Below, piece by piece: positions 9,916 to 19,393 of a DNA stretch of 64,000 nucleotides. The DNA comes from Oceanispirochaeta sp. (GTDB taxonomy: Bacteria > Spirochaetota > Spirochaetia > DSM-2461): NCBI GenBank assembly GCA_963666275.2, contig CAXXOA010000001.1, positions 1,664,001-1,728,000 on the forward strand, written 5' to 3'. Under the pieces are notes generated by a model. It saw only the letters and a program-made list of their open reading frames with translations, searched no databases and had not been told where the DNA came from. The position numbers and the translations under genes were made by a program. The number at the start of each line of letters is the position of its first letter. Position 1 is the first letter of the stretch.

Positions 9916-10281
9916 TTATTGTTTGACCATAAAGAAATTATCTTCAACCATAATTCCATTATTTAAAATGGTACCAATATAATTGAAACCATCTGAGACA
10001 AAAGAAATTTCCTCTCCTAAAATTGTATATGATCCCATTTCAAACGCTATTGTTCCAGCGCTATTTTCCTTGTATCGATCCACGGAATAGCTGAACATCC
10101 CCTCAGTTTCGTTTTTATTCATTAAGCCAATTACAGCAATATCTCTATATTCCTCTGTTTCTGTAACACAAGTGTACAGAATCGGCTCACCCGATTGCCC
10201 ATTGGAATTTGAGCTATTTGTTGTAGAACAAGATGTGAGAAACAAATAAATAGATACGACAAGAATGAAGAATTTTTTCAT
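9916..10281 (-). CDS. Small lipoprotein of unknown function
   Basis: MKKFFILVVSIYLFLTSC lipobox; GGAAGG RBS; AT-rich. Confidence 0.8.
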   Translation of the reverse strand: MKKFFILVVSIYLFLTSCSTTNSSNSNGQSGEPILYTCVTETEEYRDIAVIGLMNKNETEGMFSYSVDRYKENSAGTIAFEMGSYTILGEEISFVSDGFNYIGTILNNGIMVEDNFFMVKQ

Positions 10282-10394
10282 TAATACCTTCCTTATTATG
10301 GTTTACATTTATATAATAAATAAACGTTCATCTACTTTATATGATTTATAAATGAACTAGTCAATCCTTTTAGAAGAATAGCTGCTACTAAAGA

Positions 10395-10854
10395 ATAAAA
10401 CTATCCAGAACCCCCGTTGGCTGAGCGGAGCCAACCATATTGAACAAATAAAACTAATGAGAATCCCCGGCGGTTGAGCGGAGCCAACCATATTGAACCA
10501 ATAAACCTAATCAGAACCCCCGGTGGCTGAGCGGAGCCGAAGCCCAATTGTTTATGAGAAGAACCATCCTTTACACCATAAGACTCTTAAAATTCTCGTA
10601 CTAAAGAAAACATATATATTATTCTATTGAACTGTGGCTTCGGCTCCGCTCAGCCACCGCTGGTTCTGGGAAGTATTAGTTCTTTGGGGTAGATTATTGG
10701 CTCCGCTTAGCTGTAGCTGTTTCTGGATGTAATATTTCTCTGGAGAGGATTAATATCACCGAAGTCGAAGTTGCCGTTAACAAATAATAAAACTAATGAG
10801 AACCCCCGTTGGCTGAGCGGAGCCGAAGCCCGGCTCAGTCGCCGCTGGTCCCGG
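10395..10854. repeat. REP-like composite element B
   Basis: Forward cores at 10419, 10472, 10525 (53-bp period); spacer homologous to element A; reverse cores at 10644, 10701; extra forward core at 10811. Confidence 0.9.
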
Positions 10855-10899
10855 AAAGAATGAATTCTATAAAGGGAAATCCATAGAGTTTTCCTCAAA

Positions 10900-11841
10900 T
10901 TAGGATTCGAGCATGTATTTCATAAGCTCATACATATGTGGCGCTTCGTAATCCAGGACCCGCCTGAAAGAGGGTTCCTCCATATCGCGCCCCAGGGATT
11001 GGGCTTTCTCAAGATATTCCAGGGAAAGAGGGAGGTCCTCCAAGCTGATACTGTACTGGAACAGGTTGAGCGCAGCAGCCACTTTGTCACCCAAATTAGC
11101 TTGCGGGTCTTCCAAAATCGGCAGGAGAATTTCTGTTACAGCCTTGTCGTTGCTCTCAAGTTCATCCCTGGTATAACAATCGGATAGGTTGATTTTTGAA
11201 TTATTATCATCAGAGTTTTCCAATTGCTTATAATAGGCGGTATCAGACAGGTCTGAGGCTTTAACCATGGATCCCATGGAAAAAATGACACCGTTGGTGA
11301 ACCAGTTGAAATTGGGCATTATCGCACCATTAAATACTGTGATTTTCCTTTTACCTGTTGCTTTCTCAGTTGATACAAGGCAGTTGGCAACAATTTCCAG
11401 AATATATTGTGATCCCTCGGGTGCCGCCTGAGAAGGGGTATGGAGGGAAGAATACAAGACAAGGTTTTCACCGTCTTTGAAGTAACTTCCCAGGGCTGTC
11501 ATTCTGTAGATATTGGGATCATCCGTTATCGGTATATTGTTGAACAGTCCATCCAACAGCTCCTTTTTTGCCTGGAGCGGCAGTGTTTCATGCAGTTCAA
11601 ATTGCTCCATAATTGAGTATAACCACACAATTTTACCGAAATCCCGTATAGTTACAGTCCCGTTTTCCGGTACAAAACGATCCAATACTCTTATTTCCTG
11701 TGGAGGAATTTCCGCTTTACTAAGACTTTCATCGCTGAAAACCCATTTCTGAGTTGCCGCATCCGAGTTGGTAGTACAGGAAGGGAATACTAACATCAGT
11801 AGTAAGGTAATAAGGAAAAGCCCTATTGTTTTTTTATTCAT
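10900..11841 (-). CDS. Lipoprotein of unknown function with helical/TPR-like C-terminus
   Basis: Signal peptide ending VFPSC; AGGAG RBS; lies between repeat clusters. Confidence 0.75.
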   Translation of the reverse strand: MNKKTIGLFLITLLLMLVFPSCTTNSDAATQKWVFSDESLSKAEIPPQEIRVLDRFVPENGTVTIRDFGKIVWLYSIMEQFELHETLPLQAKKELLDGLFNNIPITDDPNIYRMTALGSYFKDGENLVLYSSLHTPSQAAPEGSQYILEIVANCLVSTEKATGKRKITVFNGAIMPNFNWFTNGVIFSMGSMVKASDLSDTAYYKQLENSDDNNSKINLSDCYTRDELESNDKAVTEILLPILEDPQANLGDKVAAALNLFQYSISLEDLPLSLEYLEKAQSLGRDMEEPSFRRVLDYEAPHMYELMKYMLES

Positions 11842-11914
11842 TTCTTTCTCCTTTGAATTATGTTGAATACCCTATAAACACGTGGTTTGATCCCTGTGAT
11901 TCAAAAAAATTATG

Positions 11915-12710
11915 AAATGTTCTGAGAAGTACCATCCTCTCCACCAAAGCACTCTTAAAATATTCTCCCTAATGTACAGTTGTGTTTGTTATGTTAAACT
12001 CTGGCTTCGGCTCCGCTCAGCCACCGCTGGTTCTGGGGAGAATTATTTCTTTGGAGTAGATTATTGGCTCCGCTCAGCCACCGCTGGTTCTGGGGAGAAT
12101 TATTTCACTGGTGTCGATTATTGGCTCCGCTTAGACGCAGCTTTTTCTGGATGTCATATTTCTCTGGAGAGGAATAATGTCAGCGAGGTCGCAATTGCCG
12201 ATTACAAATAATTAAACCTAACTAGATATCCCAAGTCGTTGAGCGGAACCAACCAAATTGAACAAATAACACTAATTAGAACCCACCGTGGCTGAGCGGA
12301 TGGTTGCTGAACGAAGTCGAAGTAGCCGAAATACCCATCCCGGAATAAATAACACTAATGAGAAATGACGGTGGCTGAGCGGATGGTTGCTGAGCGAAGT
12401 CGAAGTAGCCGAAATACCCATCCCGGAATAAATAACACTAATTAGAACCCACCGTGGCTGAGCGGATGGTTGCTGAGCGAAGTCGAAGTAGCCGAAATGC
12501 CCATCCCGGAATAAATAACACTAATGAGAAATGACGGTGGCTGAGCGGATGGTTGCTGAGCGAAGTCGAAGTAGCCGAAATGCCCATCCCGGAATAAATA
12601 ACACTAATGAGAAATGACGGTGGCTGAGCGGAGCCGAAGCCCAATTGTTTTTGAGAAGAACCATCCTCTCCACCAAAACACTCTAAAAATGTTCTTTCTA
12701 ATGTACAGAT
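11915..12710. repeat. REP-like composite element C, including four 83-bp tandem units with a nested 24-bp motif
   Basis: Reverse cores at 12011, 12068, 12125; forward cores at 12290, 12373, 12456, 12539, 12622 (83-bp period); conserved spacer at both ends. Confidence 0.9.
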
Positions 12711-12757
12711 TTGACTCTACTAAGCAAAATTGAAGTAAAACAAACATAGTTTCAGTT

Positions 12758-13141
12758 ATGAAATATATGAAACAGAAACAGCGGGAACTGAAATCCGGAT
12801 ACATGTATATTCTGATCTGCGGAGACGGTTCCTATTATGTGGGCAGTACAAATAATCTAAAAATGAGAATGGATCAGCACAATAGGGGAGAAGGATCGAA
12901 TTACACCAGTAAACGTCTCCCTGTAAAGCTTGTTTATAAGGAATGGTATGAATCTGTAGGACATGCTTACCTGCGGGAAAAACAGATTCAGAAATGGAAC
13001 AGGGAAAAAAAGGAAGCTCTGATCAAAAAGAACCTGAAATCTTTGCATACACATGCCGCCTGCCGGAATAAATCCCACTCCCGCAACTTCCGTAAAGAAA
13101 AAACAAAAAGAACTCTCGGCAGAAACAGATTGATTAAATAA
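12758..13141 (+). CDS. Small GIY-YIG nuclease (UPF0213/YhbQ-like) flanked by REP-like repeats
   Basis: GYMYILICGDGSYYVGSTNNL..R..QH..G...YT..RLPV.LVY.E....A..RE.QI.KW.R.KKEALI; start may be 12758 or 12767. Confidence 0.92.
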   Translation: MKYMKQKQRELKSGYMYILICGDGSYYVGSTNNLKMRMDQHNRGEGSNYTSKRLPVKLVYKEWYESVGHAYLREKQIQKWNREKKEALIKKNLKSLHTHAACRNKSHSRNFRKEKTKRTLGRNRLIK

Positions 13142-13206
13142 CACTAATTAGAACACCCGGTGGCTGAGCGGATGGTTGCTGAGCGAAGTCGAAGTAGCCG
13201 AAGCCC
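13129..13206 (+). repeat. Single downstream copy of the nested repeat unit
   Basis: GGCTGAGCGGA-TGGTTGCTGAGCGAAGTCGAAGTA-GCCGAAGCCC with core at 13162; the unit's AT-rich flank overlaps the GIY-YIG stop codon. Confidence 0.9.
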
Positions 13207-13328
13207 AATTCTTTAACAAAAGCCCCAAAATTTTTTTCCCATTTTGAATCACCATCCCATTCCTCTGCGTAAAAGATTTACAAACCAGGAAAACCTGAAA
13301 GTGCAACTATTACAAAGGAATCTATTAT

Positions 13329-13802
13329 ATGAAAAAAAATAGGCATCTGCGGTCTGGAGGTGTTCTTGTACTGCTCCTGCTCACATCCTGTTCATCCCTG
13401 AAGATCTCTCCCCGTTCCACCCAGACCATCATCCAGCCGGCCTGGGAGGAGACCCGCAGTTCCTACAGCTACATTCCCGGCGTGATTCTGGTGGAAACCA
13501 ATATCTACGATCAGGAGATCCGGCGTAACGGGTCGGAGAACCTGGACCTGATACTGGACCGGCTGAATGCGGAAAACACGGAACATCCCTCCCGGAAGGC
13601 CTCGGTGGCCCTGTATCTCAGGGAGTATTCCTTTATGAAAGATTACAAACCCCTGAAAACCCTGTCTGTCAAAATTGTGGTGGAAGATGAACTGGGAACT
13701 CCCCTGGGCAGCTATTTTTACAGCACCGAATCTACAGACAGTTTTTTCTCCTCATCCTATCTGTACAGTCGGATTGAAAAAGGGATGGCAAAGCTTTTCT
13801 GA
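13329..13802 (+). CDS. Lipoprotein, first gene of TolC/RND operon
   Basis: Lipobox LLTSC; TGATG overlap with next gene. Confidence 0.75.
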   Translation: MKKNRHLRSGGVLVLLLLTSCSSLKISPRSTQTIIQPAWEETRSSYSYIPGVILVETNIYDQEIRRNGSENLDLILDRLNAENTEHPSRKASVALYLREYSFMKDYKPLKTLSVKIVVEDELGTPLGSYFYSTESTDSFFSSSYLYSRIEKGMAKLF

Positions 13803-15208
13803 TGTTCAGACCTGACCGGGCAATAATGCACTTTTTATTCCTCATGGCCCTGGTAACACCGGCGCTTTCTGCTGACGGGAGTATTCTGACTCTTCAGGAT
13901 GCCATGACTCTGGCATTAAGCAGGAACTCCTCACTGGCCCGGAGCCGGTATGAACGGGAAAACCTTCAGCGCCAGCTGCATCTGAAAATGCGCGAATTCC
14001 TCCCTCAGGTGGAACTGGGATATTCGGGGAATGATTCAGTTACCGTTGGCAGCAGTGATTCCCGGGTGGAAAAGCTCTCTTTGGGGATCGATCAGCTTGT
14101 TTTCAGCGGAGGCCGGGAGCTGGCCCGGGTCAGAGCCTTCCGCCGGGAACTGGATCTGAAAAATCTTACAGCCGCAGCCGAGCAGGACTCTCTGATGCAC
14201 AATGTGCTTCTGGCCTACGTGGATGTTCTGAAATATCAGAGGATAGGGGAGCTGACAGAACAATCCTACCAGATACTGCTGAAACAGAAAGCCATTGCAG
14301 AAAAAGAGTACGATCTGGGAGAGATCCGGAGGATAGACTACCTGGACATTGAACTTGAAGCGGCCCGCGCCGGATTGAGCCGGAAAGAAACAGCTCAGAA
14401 ATTGCTGGACAGCCGTTACGCTCTGGCGAATCTTCTCTTTTATCCCCTTGAAGAATTGCCTCTCCTTTCAGGAGCGCTGAATGAGAACTATCAGGGCCGG
14501 CTCCTGGAGCAGGCGGTTTCTCCGGCATTTATCGCATCCATGAAGGAGCTGGCCCGGAGCAGCAACAGGGATATACTGGAAAGCCAGTTTCAGGTTCTCC
14601 AGGCCCGGCAGCAGCTCAGGGAGAGCCGGTTCAACTGGATTCCTGTTATTCAGGCCAATGCGGATCTTTCGGTTTCGGGCCAGGAATATCCCCTGGACGA
14701 ACCGGCTTTTTCTCTGGGACTCACCTTCCGTTTTGATGTGCCTTTACTGCCCTCTACGGTAAATATGCAGGCCGGCCAGTCCAATCCGGAGGAATACAAC
14801 AGAACCCTCTCCACCACAACGGGACTGGCGGATAATCTTGAGGGGTTGAGAGATCCTCAGATCGCCGGGAATTCCCTGTCTCTAAAAAAAATGGACTGGG
14901 ACGAAACAAGGCGGTCTGTGGCTTTTCAGGTTCAGTCTCTGGCCAGTCAGATTGAACTCTCAGGCCGGGATATCGAACTGCAGCGGGAAAGGCTCACACT
15001 GCTGGAAGAGAAGCTTGAAATTCTTGAGATGCAGATGTCCCTGGGGGAAATCACCCGTCTGAAACTTGTGGAGGCCCAGGTGGAATATTCCAATCAGAAG
15101 ATCGCTCTCATCGAAAGTCTGGTCAAGCTCTATACAACGGAAGAGTCTCTGAAGCAGCTCTGCGGTTTGAAGAGCGATCCTCTGGATGAAAAAGGACTGA
15201 TACTATGA
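13802..15208 (+). CDS. TolC family outer membrane protein
   Basis: Signal peptide; LTLQDAMTLALSRN, two OEP-like repeats (YDLGEIRRIDYL / MSLGEITRLKLVEAQ). Confidence 0.88.
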   Translation: MFRPDRAIMHFLFLMALVTPALSADGSILTLQDAMTLALSRNSSLARSRYERENLQRQLHLKMREFLPQVELGYSGNDSVTVGSSDSRVEKLSLGIDQLVFSGGRELARVRAFRRELDLKNLTAAAEQDSLMHNVLLAYVDVLKYQRIGELTEQSYQILLKQKAIAEKEYDLGEIRRIDYLDIELEAARAGLSRKETAQKLLDSRYALANLLFYPLEELPLLSGALNENYQGRLLEQAVSPAFIASMKELARSSNRDILESQFQVLQARQQLRESRFNWIPVIQANADLSVSGQEYPLDEPAFSLGLTFRFDVPLLPSTVNMQAGQSNPEEYNRTLSTTTGLADNLEGLRDPQIAGNSLSLKKMDWDETRRSVAFQVQSLASQIELSGRDIELQRERLTLLEEKLEILEMQMSLGEITRLKLVEAQVEYSNQKIALIESLVKLYTTEESLKQLCGLKSDPLDEKGLIL

Positions 15209-16557
15209 ATCCTTCCAAAATTTTTCTTTTCTTCTTACCGGTACTTCTGATTCTTTCCTGCGGTCAGAAAAAGCCGGAAGTCCGGATTGAGCCTCTGAAC
15301 AGGGAAATCACAGCTCCTGCTGTGGAGATCCTGGAGTGCCGGACAGAAGAATATGTCAGAACCATCGATACTTTCGGAACCATTTCCTACGTCACCAAAG
15401 CGGAAATCTATCCTATGGGGGCGGAAATCATTGATCGTATGTTCTATGAAGAAGGGGAGACGGTCCGCTCGGGGGATATCCTGGCCAGACTGGACAGCCG
15501 AAAACTCTCTCTTCAGCTGAAAGAAGCCGAAGCGGGCATCCGGATAAAAGAGACAAAATGGAATCTGGCAGTTCAGCAGAGGGAAGAGGGACGGCGCAAT
15601 ATGGAGTCCCGGTTTCTTGAAATTGAGAATGCCCGGATGGATCTTGAAAAAGCGAGGATGGATTTTGACAGGATCAGCAGGATTTTTGAGAATAAAAAGC
15701 AGCTTTTTGAGGTCGAGGGCATCAGCCGGGAAGAGATGGCGTCGGTGGAGCTGGAGTATCAGGAAAAAGAATTTGCCTGCCGGAAGGCAGAAAGCGCCCT
15801 GGCAGTAAAAAGAATCGGTTTCCGGGAGGAAGATCTGATTCAGGCGGGGTATGAAATCCCTGAAGATCCCGCAAACCTGAAAGATCTGTATATCGATTAT
15901 AACACCCGGATGCTTCAGGCCGAAGTGGATGTAGCCGGCGCAGAGCTGGAAGCTGCCAGAAGTCAGTTGGACGCCCTCAGGCTCTATCTGAACGAGACCT
16001 CTATAAAGGCCCCCATCTCCGGGGTTATCGGCCGGAAATACATGGAAAACGGAGAAAAAGCGTCCCCCGAAAAGCCTCTGTATCTGATTTTTCCCGAGAA
16101 CAGCGTTTTTGCGGAAGCCCGGGTCAGCGAAAAGGAACTGACAGCTCTGAAACAGGGAATGCAGGGGGATGTGACCAGTGATACGGATTCGCAGATGAGA
16201 ACCGGAAAGATACAGAGAATCTCTCCCTGGGTGGATCAGGAATCCCGGACGGGGAGCTTTAAAATCCTCCTGGATAACAGGGATGGCCTTTTCAAGGTGG
16301 GTCAGTTTGTCAGAATAAGCCTCAAACTGACCGGATCCAGGGAAGGGATCCTGCTGCCTCCGGAAGCCATCCTGACCAGGGGAGAGGCTTCCCTGGTATT
16401 TCAGATACGGGGAAACCGGATTTTTGAAAGGGAAATCACCTGTCTTGAACCTGTGGATGACCTGATCCCTTTAGAATCAGGACTGGAACCTGGTAACCGG
16501 ATTGTCCTCAACCCCTCAGATGGATTGCGTAACGGCATGGAGGTTTCACGCCCATGA
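15205..16557 (+). CDS. RND periplasmic adaptor (MFP) lipoprotein with long coiled coil
   Basis: Lipobox LILSC; EGETVRSGDILARLD and IKAPISGVI lipoyl half-motifs; ISPWVDQESRT. Confidence 0.9.
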   Translation: MNPSKIFLFFLPVLLILSCGQKKPEVRIEPLNREITAPAVEILECRTEEYVRTIDTFGTISYVTKAEIYPMGAEIIDRMFYEEGETVRSGDILARLDSRKLSLQLKEAEAGIRIKETKWNLAVQQREEGRRNMESRFLEIENARMDLEKARMDFDRISRIFENKKQLFEVEGISREEMASVELEYQEKEFACRKAESALAVKRIGFREEDLIQAGYEIPEDPANLKDLYIDYNTRMLQAEVDVAGAELEAARSQLDALRLYLNETSIKAPISGVIGRKYMENGEKASPEKPLYLIFPENSVFAEARVSEKELTALKQGMQGDVTSDTDSQMRTGKIQRISPWVDQESRTGSFKILLDNRDGLFKVGQFVRISLKLTGSREGILLPPEAILTRGEASLVFQIRGNRIFEREITCLEPVDDLIPLESGLEPGNRIVLNPSDGLRNGMEVSRP

Positions 16558-17969
16558 GAATAGGTCTGTATTCAAAAGGAGTTTTTCTTCTACTGGTCCT
16601 TGTGACAGGCTGTAAAGGCCTGATCGATCTCGATAGAGAAAGCCGGTTGAAATCCTTTCCTGACGAACCGGGCTGGATCCTGGACGCGGAGGATTCTCTG
16701 GAACTGGAATTTTCCGAATCGGTGAATGCCTATTCTGTGGAACAGATCTGCTCTGTAAAAAATATTCGGGGCAATGTGGAGAGCCTCTATCACTGGGAGG
16801 ACGAAAGGATTCTCAGGATTGAACCGATTGACCCCCTCACACCGGGGCTGGAATATACTCTTCAGGTCAAAGGTCTTTACGATACAGCCAGGGGAAGGAC
16901 CCGGGAAGCCGATCTGACAATTCCTTTCTATTATATAACTGACCGTTATGATCCATTGAAAGTTCTGAATGTTTCTCCCGGCGAGGGGGAGATGATCGGC
17001 AGTGAAACAGGCATCACTGTTACATTCAACAGGGAGCCGGATCAGGCTGCTGTAATGAAAAATTTATCCCTCTCTCCTGCCGGGGAGTATGATTTCTCTT
17101 TTTCCGGGTCTACCTTATCCCTGGTGCCCGAAGATTCCTGGGAGAATCTGACTCAGTATACCCTGAAAATAGACGAAGAGGCTGTGGATCCCTCCTGGGA
17201 AAGTACGTTTTATGTTCTGGATGGGCAGAGTGTTCCCCGGGTAGCCCTGATGGCAGCGGCAATCAAGGATTACTCTTCCGGATTTCCCTACAAAACCACA
17301 GATGCGGATGTGCTGACCTATGAAGATGCACTGAGAATTACTTTCAGCGAAGATATGGACCCCGATTCGGTGGAAGAGGCATTCCGCATACTCCCTCCTC
17401 TGGCAGGGAGCCTTCACTGGGACGGTAATCGGGATATTATCTTTTCTCCCTCCGAAGGATGGGATATGAACACCCTCTATTCAGTCTCCCTTGGAAAAGA
17501 GGCTTCCAGCCTTCATGGAATAGAACTGGCGGCGGACTGGGAAGAGAATCTCCAGCCCCAGATCCCCGCCATAAGCCTGGACTCCCTGGAATGCCTGACC
17601 AGCGGTCTGACCCTGACAGAGTATGATACATCCCTGCCGGAGGATCTTCCGACTAATGCGGTCTCACCCTATGACATTACCTTCCGTCTGACTTTCTCCG
17701 AGCCTTTTTCGACAGACCGGGAAAAGCAGTTGGCTCAGGATCAGATCAGCTTTTATGAAACCTTCAGCAGCGACGGGAATCCCCGGGCAGCCTCCTGTTC
17801 CTGGGTCAGTGATTACACTCTGACCATACTGTATGCCGGATTTTATGCCTCCGCCGACAGGGATCACTACTATATTTTTGAACTCAACAGCGGAGCCGGA
17901 GGGATCCGCAACGACCGGGGGAGTTATATGGAGAACAGTGTAGCCCAGCTGTTCAGGAGCCGTCTGTGA
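16554..17969 (+). CDS. Ig-like (SbsA/Big_5-type) repeat lipoprotein
   Basis: Lipobox LVTGC; repeated I.FS..(M/V)D..S and P...L....YTL motifs. Confidence 0.75.
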   Translation: MRIGLYSKGVFLLLVLVTGCKGLIDLDRESRLKSFPDEPGWILDAEDSLELEFSESVNAYSVEQICSVKNIRGNVESLYHWEDERILRIEPIDPLTPGLEYTLQVKGLYDTARGRTREADLTIPFYYITDRYDPLKVLNVSPGEGEMIGSETGITVTFNREPDQAAVMKNLSLSPAGEYDFSFSGSTLSLVPEDSWENLTQYTLKIDEEAVDPSWESTFYVLDGQSVPRVALMAAAIKDYSSGFPYKTTDADVLTYEDALRITFSEDMDPDSVEEAFRILPPLAGSLHWDGNRDIIFSPSEGWDMNTLYSVSLGKEASSLHGIELAADWEENLQPQIPAISLDSLECLTSGLTLTEYDTSLPEDLPTNAVSPYDITFRLTFSEPFSTDREKQLAQDQISFYETFSSDGNPRAASCSWVSDYTLTILYAGFYASADRDHYYIFELNSGAGGIRNDRGSYMENSVAQLFRSRL

Positions 17970-19393
17970 AAAAGATCCTGCTTTTTTCGCTCTGTATGGG
18001 GGGGAGCCTTTTTTCCGGATGCGACCTTTTCAGACATATACAGCATATGGACCCGCCTGTGATTGACTCCTCCCTGCCGGAAGAGAACGATGTGGTGGAT
18101 GCGGATCTCCCCGCCATAGAGATCCATTTTTCCACCGGGATGGACACTGTTGCCACTGAACAGGCCTTTTCTCTTCAGGAGGAGGGGGAGGATCTGGACG
18201 GGGAATTCTCCTGGGAGGGAGACAGGCTGATTTTTACGCCCTATTACGGCTTTTCCGATAACAGAGATTATCTGGTCACCCTGAAAACCGGGGCAGAGGA
18301 CATCTGGGGGAATTCCCTGGAAAAAGAGTGGTATCTGAATTTTACGACCCGCGAAGACAGTGAGTCTCCCGAACTGGTCAGGATCGCCCCGGAGGATTTT
18401 ACTCTTCTGCAGGGAAGCCGGGAGGTTCTGACTCTGGAGTTCAGCGAAGGGGTGGACAGGCCCAGTTTCCGGAAAGGATTCTCCCTGTCACCGGATATCC
18501 TCTATTCAGAATCCTGGAATACAGAGGGATCCCAGGTGGAGATTACGCCTCTGGAAGATTATGAAGAGGACAGAGCCTATACTGTCTCCCTCTCCCGTGA
18601 GATTCTTGACCTGGCCGGGAATCCTCTGCTCAGGGAAGAGGAGTTCCTCTTTTACACCGGGGAGGTCCCGGAACCTCTTACTGTCTCCTTTGCAGTGAGT
18701 GAAACGGGAACAGAACTTGTGGAAGAGCCGCAGGGAGTGAATAGTTCTCTCGAAAAGGATCTGATTCTCAGGGCTGTATTCAATCGTTCCCTCTCCGCGG
18801 ATGAGCGGGAAGCGGCTTTTTCAATCCTTCCGTCGACGGAGTTTGAAACTTCCTGGACTTCCGGATTTACCGAATGCACCCTGAGCTTTCCCGAATCCCT
18901 CTCCTACGGCGGCTATTATGATTTCACCCTGCTGGAAACAGTGTATATCCTTCATATAGACGGCCCCGGGAGCCTCCCCCTGACTGTGAACAGGGCTGTC
19001 TTCTGTCCCGACGGCACGGCAGGAACTCCTGTGATGAATCCTCTGAGCCTCAACAGCTCTCTGGGAGCCCAGGATTCAACAACGGCTTTCTTAGATCTCT
19101 ACATTGCCCATTCGGGACTCTCAGCCATTGACAGGTCTTCCGTTCTGAATGCATTTTCTCTGGACTCTTCTGTGCTCTCCTGGGATTATTACTCCCTGGA
19201 TATCTGGGACGGGAGTCAGAGTCCTGCGCCGGATCCGCTTCCCGTCCCGGGGGAAAGTGTGATCCGGATTCATACGGGCGTCACCTGGACAGGCCTGGGG
19301 GGAACACTGACCCTGAAGCTCTCGGAGGCTCTGGAAGATACCCTGGGAAATTCCCAGGAGTCCCCCTGGACACTGACGGTCAGTCAGCTATGA
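17966..19393 (+). CDS. Ig-like (SbsA/Big_5-type) repeat lipoprotein
   Basis: Lipobox LFSGC; IEIHFSTGMD, AEDIWGNSL, ILDLAGNPL, LEDTLGN motifs; GTG start overlapping upstream stop. Confidence 0.8.
   Translation: MKKILLFSLCMGGSLFSGCDLFRHIQHMDPPVIDSSLPEENDVVDADLPAIEIHFSTGMDTVATEQAFSLQEEGEDLDGEFSWEGDRLIFTPYYGFSDNRDYLVTLKTGAEDIWGNSLEKEWYLNFTTREDSESPELVRIAPEDFTLLQGSREVLTLEFSEGVDRPSFRKGFSLSPDILYSESWNTEGSQVEITPLEDYEEDRAYTVSLSREILDLAGNPLLREEEFLFYTGEVPEPLTVSFAVSETGTELVEEPQGVNSSLEKDLILRAVFNRSLSADEREAAFSILPSTEFETSWTSGFTECTLSFPESLSYGGYYDFTLLETVYILHIDGPGSLPLTVNRAVFCPDGTAGTPVMNPLSLNSSLGAQDSTTAFLDLYIAHSGLSAIDRSSVLNAFSLDSSVLSWDYYSLDIWDGSQSPAPDPLPVPGESVIRIHTGVTWTGLGGTLTLKLSEALEDTLGNSQESPWTLTVSQL

Noticed and set aside
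11912..12804. Short ORFs over the repeat arrays (LRLRSATAG-type peptides)
   Set aside because: They are translations of the DNA repeats, with no RBS or protein features.
5185..13206. CRISPR array interpretation of the periodic repeats
   Set aside because: Sequences between cores are homologous to each other rather than unique, arms are inverted, and no cas genes are in the window.
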